From Candidatus Bathyarchaeota archaeon (GTDB taxonomy: Archaea > Thermoproteota > Bathyarchaeia > Bathyarchaeales > Bathycorpusculaceae): 64,000 nt of DNA. A program made the position numbers and the translations under genes. Location of the stretch: NCBI GenBank assembly GCA_963832745.1, contig CAWHVC010000002.1, positions 128,001-192,000 of the forward strand, written 5' to 3'. The notes beneath the pieces are model-generated. The model saw only the letters and a program-made list of their open reading frames with translations, had not been told where the DNA came from and searched no databases. Positions 60,635 to 64,000 of the stretch are shown piece after piece; the stretch's first letter is position 1; each line of letters begins with the position of its first letter.

Positions 60635-63589
60635 GTGAAAATAAAAAGCGCTTACACGATATTACTTTTAGGTCTTCTGCTACTTGCAACCGTTACAATC
60701 GCAACCAATAATGTCTCAGCTGCAGGTCCAACAACCGTGCTTCTCGGAACAGCTGCTAATTTCTCAGTTTTAGCTGGCTCTGGAATCACTAACACCGGTC
60801 CAACCACAATTTATGGAGATGTTGGCACTTTTCCGACGCCTTCACAGACGGGATTTGGTAGCGTAACTATAATTGGAACCAACCATGTAGACGATGCTGT
60901 CACACAACAAGCCAAAATCGACCTTGTAACCGCTTACAATGATGCTGCTGGAAGAACACCAGTTACTACTGTAGCCACTGAACTCGGTGGAACTACCCTC
61001 GTACCTGGAGTCTACAATTCCGCATCAGGCACTTTTCAAATAACTGGAACAGTGACGCTTGATGGACAAGGTGACCCTAATGCGGTTTTCATTTTCCAGA
61101 TGGCAAGTACACTTGTCACTGCATCATCTAGTGTTGTACTTCTTATAAACGGTACTCACTCTTGCAACGTTTTTTGGCAAGTTGGAAGCTCAGCAACTAT
61201 TGGCACTTCTTCTTCTTTTGTAGGAACAATTTTGGCTTTAACCTCAATCACATTGACTACAGGCGCTACAGTAGATGGCAGAGTATTGGCACGCAATGGC
61301 GCAGTCACAATGGACACTAACACCATTGGCCAAACGGTACATCTTGAAGGCATAACTTTAACCCCTGCGAACGCCACAAACCCTGTTGGTACTAACCACA
61401 CTATCACTGCAACTGTAGCAGGGACAGGCGATCCAGTTCCTAATCGTAACGTCAACTTTACAGTTGTTTCAGGTCCCAACGCAGGATTAACAGGCTCAGC
61501 CATAACTGACAGCAACGGACATGCATCATTTACTTATACGAGCAACTCTCCTGGCACAGATACAATTCAGGCAAGCTTCGAAAACAGTCAAGGCGTGACA
61601 GTTATTTCAAGTCCAGTAACAAAAACTTGGACTCCGCTACCTGGCCCAGCCATAATTGTATCTAAGCAGGTTTCGAGCGATAATGCTACTTGGCTTGACG
61701 CAGATTTGCCACCTGGACTAATAGTCACAGTTGGTTCAAACGTGTATTACCGATTTAACGTGACAAACATTGGCAATGTTCCATTAACTAACGTCAATTT
61801 GACAGACAACACCTACACTTTGAGTGGCGCTTCTGTTCCAACTTTGGCTCCCGGCGAATCTTTTGTCTACTATTATGGTCCTGTTCTTGCTCAGTTAGGT
61901 CTGCATACAAACACTGCAACAGCTTCAGGGCAATCTGATAGTACAGTTATTAGCGATACTGACAACGCAAACTACAATGGCACACCAGAATCTATTCCTT
62001 CAATAAATGTGGTTAAACAGATTTCTGGTGATAACGCTACATGGGTTGACGCAGATTTGCCTCCTGGAATCTCAGTTGTTATTGGCGCAAATGTGTACTA
62101 TAGGTTCAATGTTACAAACACTGGCAATGTTGCATTATCTAATATTACTTTGACTGATAATACGTATGATTTAAGCAGTGCAGTGGTTCCGCCAACTTTG
62201 GCTCCTGGTGCTTCCTTTGTCTACTACTTTGGCCCAATTTCGGCACTATCAGGTCAACACACAAACATTGCAACTGCCACTGGCGAATTTAATAATGTAG
62301 TGGTCAGTGATACTAACAATGCAAACTATAACGGTGTTCCAGTAACAATTGTTTCAATAAATGTGGTTAAACAGATTTCTGGCGACAACAAGACTTGGCT
62401 TGACGCAGATGCTCCACCCGGACTCATTGTCACTATTGGTTCAAACGTTTACTACAAGTTCAATATCACAAACACAGGCAACGTTACATTAACTAATATT
62501 ACTTTGACAGATAACACCTATTGTTTGAAAGGTCTTCACTTACCTTCAAGCTTAGCTCCTGGAGAATCATTTGTCTACTATTTGGGACCAATTACTGCTC
62601 AGTCAGGACAACACACAAACATTGCTACTGCAACAGGTATCTACAATAATGTAACCTACACCGATACAGACAACGCAAACTACAACGGAACCAAGGCCGT
62701 CAAACCTTCAATATGCATAGTCAAATATGTCTCAGTTGATTGCGGCAAAAAATGGTGTGACGCTAACTGTGCGCCAGGTCCAATAATTCAAGCTGGCAAG
62801 AGCGTGTATTTCAAGTTTGAAGTCAAAAACACGGGTAATGTTGCTCTAACTAACATAAGCCTTGCAGACATGCCGTTCATAAACTTCTCAAATGCCAATA
62901 TTCCAACCACCCTTCAACCAGGAAAATCGTTTAAAGTCATCATTGGACCAATATGCGCTGGTTTACTACAAAATTGCGATAAAGCAACAGTAACTGGAAC
63001 CTATGCTAACGTAACATATTCTGACTGTGATGTTGCCAACTATTATGGTTCACTTTGCACCTACACTGCATGCTCATACGCTGGAACTGGCACAGCAGGC
63101 AAACTGCTGAATTGCTATTATAAGACTGCTTTCTGCTCAGGATTGCAAGTCGGCTACTACTATAGTGACTCAGGTTACGGCTATAAGTGGACAAGCGACA
63201 AAGTAAGCAGTTTAAAGGCGTTCCTTAAATGCACTGGGACTAGCGGAATAATAAAATGTGATAAGCTTAACCCTGTAAACACTAAATATGGTGGTGGCAG
63301 CTTAGCTGTTCAAGTAGCAACTTTAACAATAAACATAGCTTACGTAGACTTATCTATAAAATGTATACCAAATGGACTTGGAGATTTACACTACTGCAAA
63401 GCTGGCGATTCACTTAACGGCAAAACAGTATCCGAAATATTAGTTATTGGAAACGGCGTTTTAGGTGGTCAACCATTACCCCAAGGTTACACATACACTT
63501 CATTAAACAGTTTAATTCAGCATCTGAACGAAGCCTTTGGCAATGGACAACCAACATCGTGGGCAAGAACATACCTAAAAGTAAGCTAA
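60635..63589 (+). CDS. Secreted multidomain protein: DUF3494 ice-binding-like domain, Ig-like (Big_1) domain, four ~117-aa Ig-like repeats and Cys-rich C-terminus
   Basis: Signal peptide from GTG 60635; LGTAANFSVLAGSGITNTG, NVFWQVGSSAT, GRVLARNGAVTMD; repeats with YRFNVTNTGNV. Confidence 0.85.
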   Translation: MKIKSAYTILLLGLLLLATVTIATNNVSAAGPTTVLLGTAANFSVLAGSGITNTGPTTIYGDVGTFPTPSQTGFGSVTIIGTNHVDDAVTQQAKIDLVTAYNDAAGRTPVTTVATELGGTTLVPGVYNSASGTFQITGTVTLDGQGDPNAVFIFQMASTLVTASSSVVLLINGTHSCNVFWQVGSSATIGTSSSFVGTILALTSITLTTGATVDGRVLARNGAVTMDTNTIGQTVHLEGITLTPANATNPVGTNHTITATVAGTGDPVPNRNVNFTVVSGPNAGLTGSAITDSNGHASFTYTSNSPGTDTIQASFENSQGVTVISSPVTKTWTPLPGPAIIVSKQVSSDNATWLDADLPPGLIVTVGSNVYYRFNVTNIGNVPLTNVNLTDNTYTLSGASVPTLAPGESFVYYYGPVLAQLGLHTNTATASGQSDSTVISDTDNANYNGTPESIPSINVVKQISGDNATWVDADLPPGISVVIGANVYYRFNVTNTGNVALSNITLTDNTYDLSSAVVPPTLAPGASFVYYFGPISALSGQHTNIATATGEFNNVVVSDTNNANYNGVPVTIVSINVVKQISGDNKTWLDADAPPGLIVTIGSNVYYKFNITNTGNVTLTNITLTDNTYCLKGLHLPSSLAPGESFVYYLGPITAQSGQHTNIATATGIYNNVTYTDTDNANYNGTKAVKPSICIVKYVSVDCGKKWCDANCAPGPIIQAGKSVYFKFEVKNTGNVALTNISLADMPFINFSNANIPTTLQPGKSFKVIIGPICAGLLQNCDKATVTGTYANVTYSDCDVANYYGSLCTYTACSYAGTGTAGKLLNCYYKTAFCSGLQVGYYYSDSGYGYKWTSDKVSSLKAFLKCTGTSGIIKCDKLNPVNTKYGGGSLAVQVATLTINIAYVDLSIKCIPNGLGDLHYCKAGDSLNGKTVSEILVIGNGVLGGQPLPQGYTYTSLNSLIQHLNEAFGNGQPTSWARTYLKVS
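61652..63050 (+). repeat. Four intragenic tandem repeats of ~351-354 bp
   Basis: Units begin at ~61652, 62003, 62357 and 62711; shared GACGCAGAT, GGCAATGTT, AACGCAAACTACAA. Confidence 0.8.
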
Positions 63590-63697
63590 ACATGCCCTAT
63601 CTCTATCCACCCTTTTTCTTTTTTTAATTTTTCTAAAAACTTTCTATTATTTTTTAAAAAAGAGATTGCCCTCGTGTCTTAGAGGGTTAAAAGTGCC

Positions 63698-64000
63698 TTA
63701 TTTTATGTTTTTAGCAGTTGCCGCTTTCAAATTGCTTGCGGTCATTTTCAATTCTTCAAGCATCAAGTTCTCCTTGCGCTGATTTTTAGTAATTATGTTT
63801 ATGAATGCGCTGCCTACGATTGCTCCGTCTGCGCCTGCTTTTATGACCCGCTGGACATGCTCAGGTTTGGATATGCCAAAACCGACAGCTAACGGAATTT
63901 TTCCTGCCGTGAAGGGTTGAACACGCTGTATCAGTTGTAGTGTTGAGTCTTCTATTGAGGATTTTGCGCCTGTAACGCCGAAACGTGAAACCAAATACAG
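63698..64000 (-). CDS. trpA: Tryptophan synthase alpha chain (C-terminal part; 5' end outside the window)
   Basis: YLVSRFGVTG, PLAVGFGIS, ADGAIVGSA. Confidence 0.92.
   Translation of the reverse strand: MYLVSRFGVTGAKSSIEDSTLQLIQRVQPFTAGKIPLAVGFGISKPEHVQRVIKAGADGAIVGSAFINIITKNQRKENLMLEELKMTASNLKAATAKNIK

Noticed and set aside
61652-63050. Diversity-generating retroelement template/variable repeats
   Set aside because: The repeats are in-frame domain duplications, differences are not adenine-specific, and no reverse transcriptase is in the window.

Overview
Archaeal chromosomal window, most consistent with Bathyarchaeia/TACK. Evidence: archaeal r-proteins S4e/L32e/L19e, Rpp29, 7S SRP RNA, an intron-containing tRNA-Met, and PQQ-like beta-propeller and NosD-type surface proteins. 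Housekeeping content: hydrogenase maturation genes (hypFCD, hypE), rpiA, an rpl22-to-rpl30 ribosomal cluster separated by ~8.7 kb from rpl15-secY-DUF106-cmk, catalase HPII, an nrdR-nrdD-nrdG operon, a DUF3494 ice-binding-like adhesin and the end of trpA. Most notable observations: (1) a threonine-synthase-like protein whose PLP Schiff-base lysine is replaced by Arg and which is fused to a winged-helix domain. It lies directly upstream of a palindrome-containing promoter for an ECF S-component plus a PurM-fold enzyme, a candidate new vitamin-sensing regulon. (2) A dispersed ~60-110 bp repeat family and paralogous micro-ORFs link two accessory mini-islands (30.4-31.8 kb and 46.6-48.5 kb). (3) A DUF2400-like/T7-endonuclease-I-like fusion gene sits where adk normally lies. 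(4) A bacterial-type tandem NrdR box pair lies next to an archaeal TATA box. All family calls come from motif recognition by eye, not from database searches.
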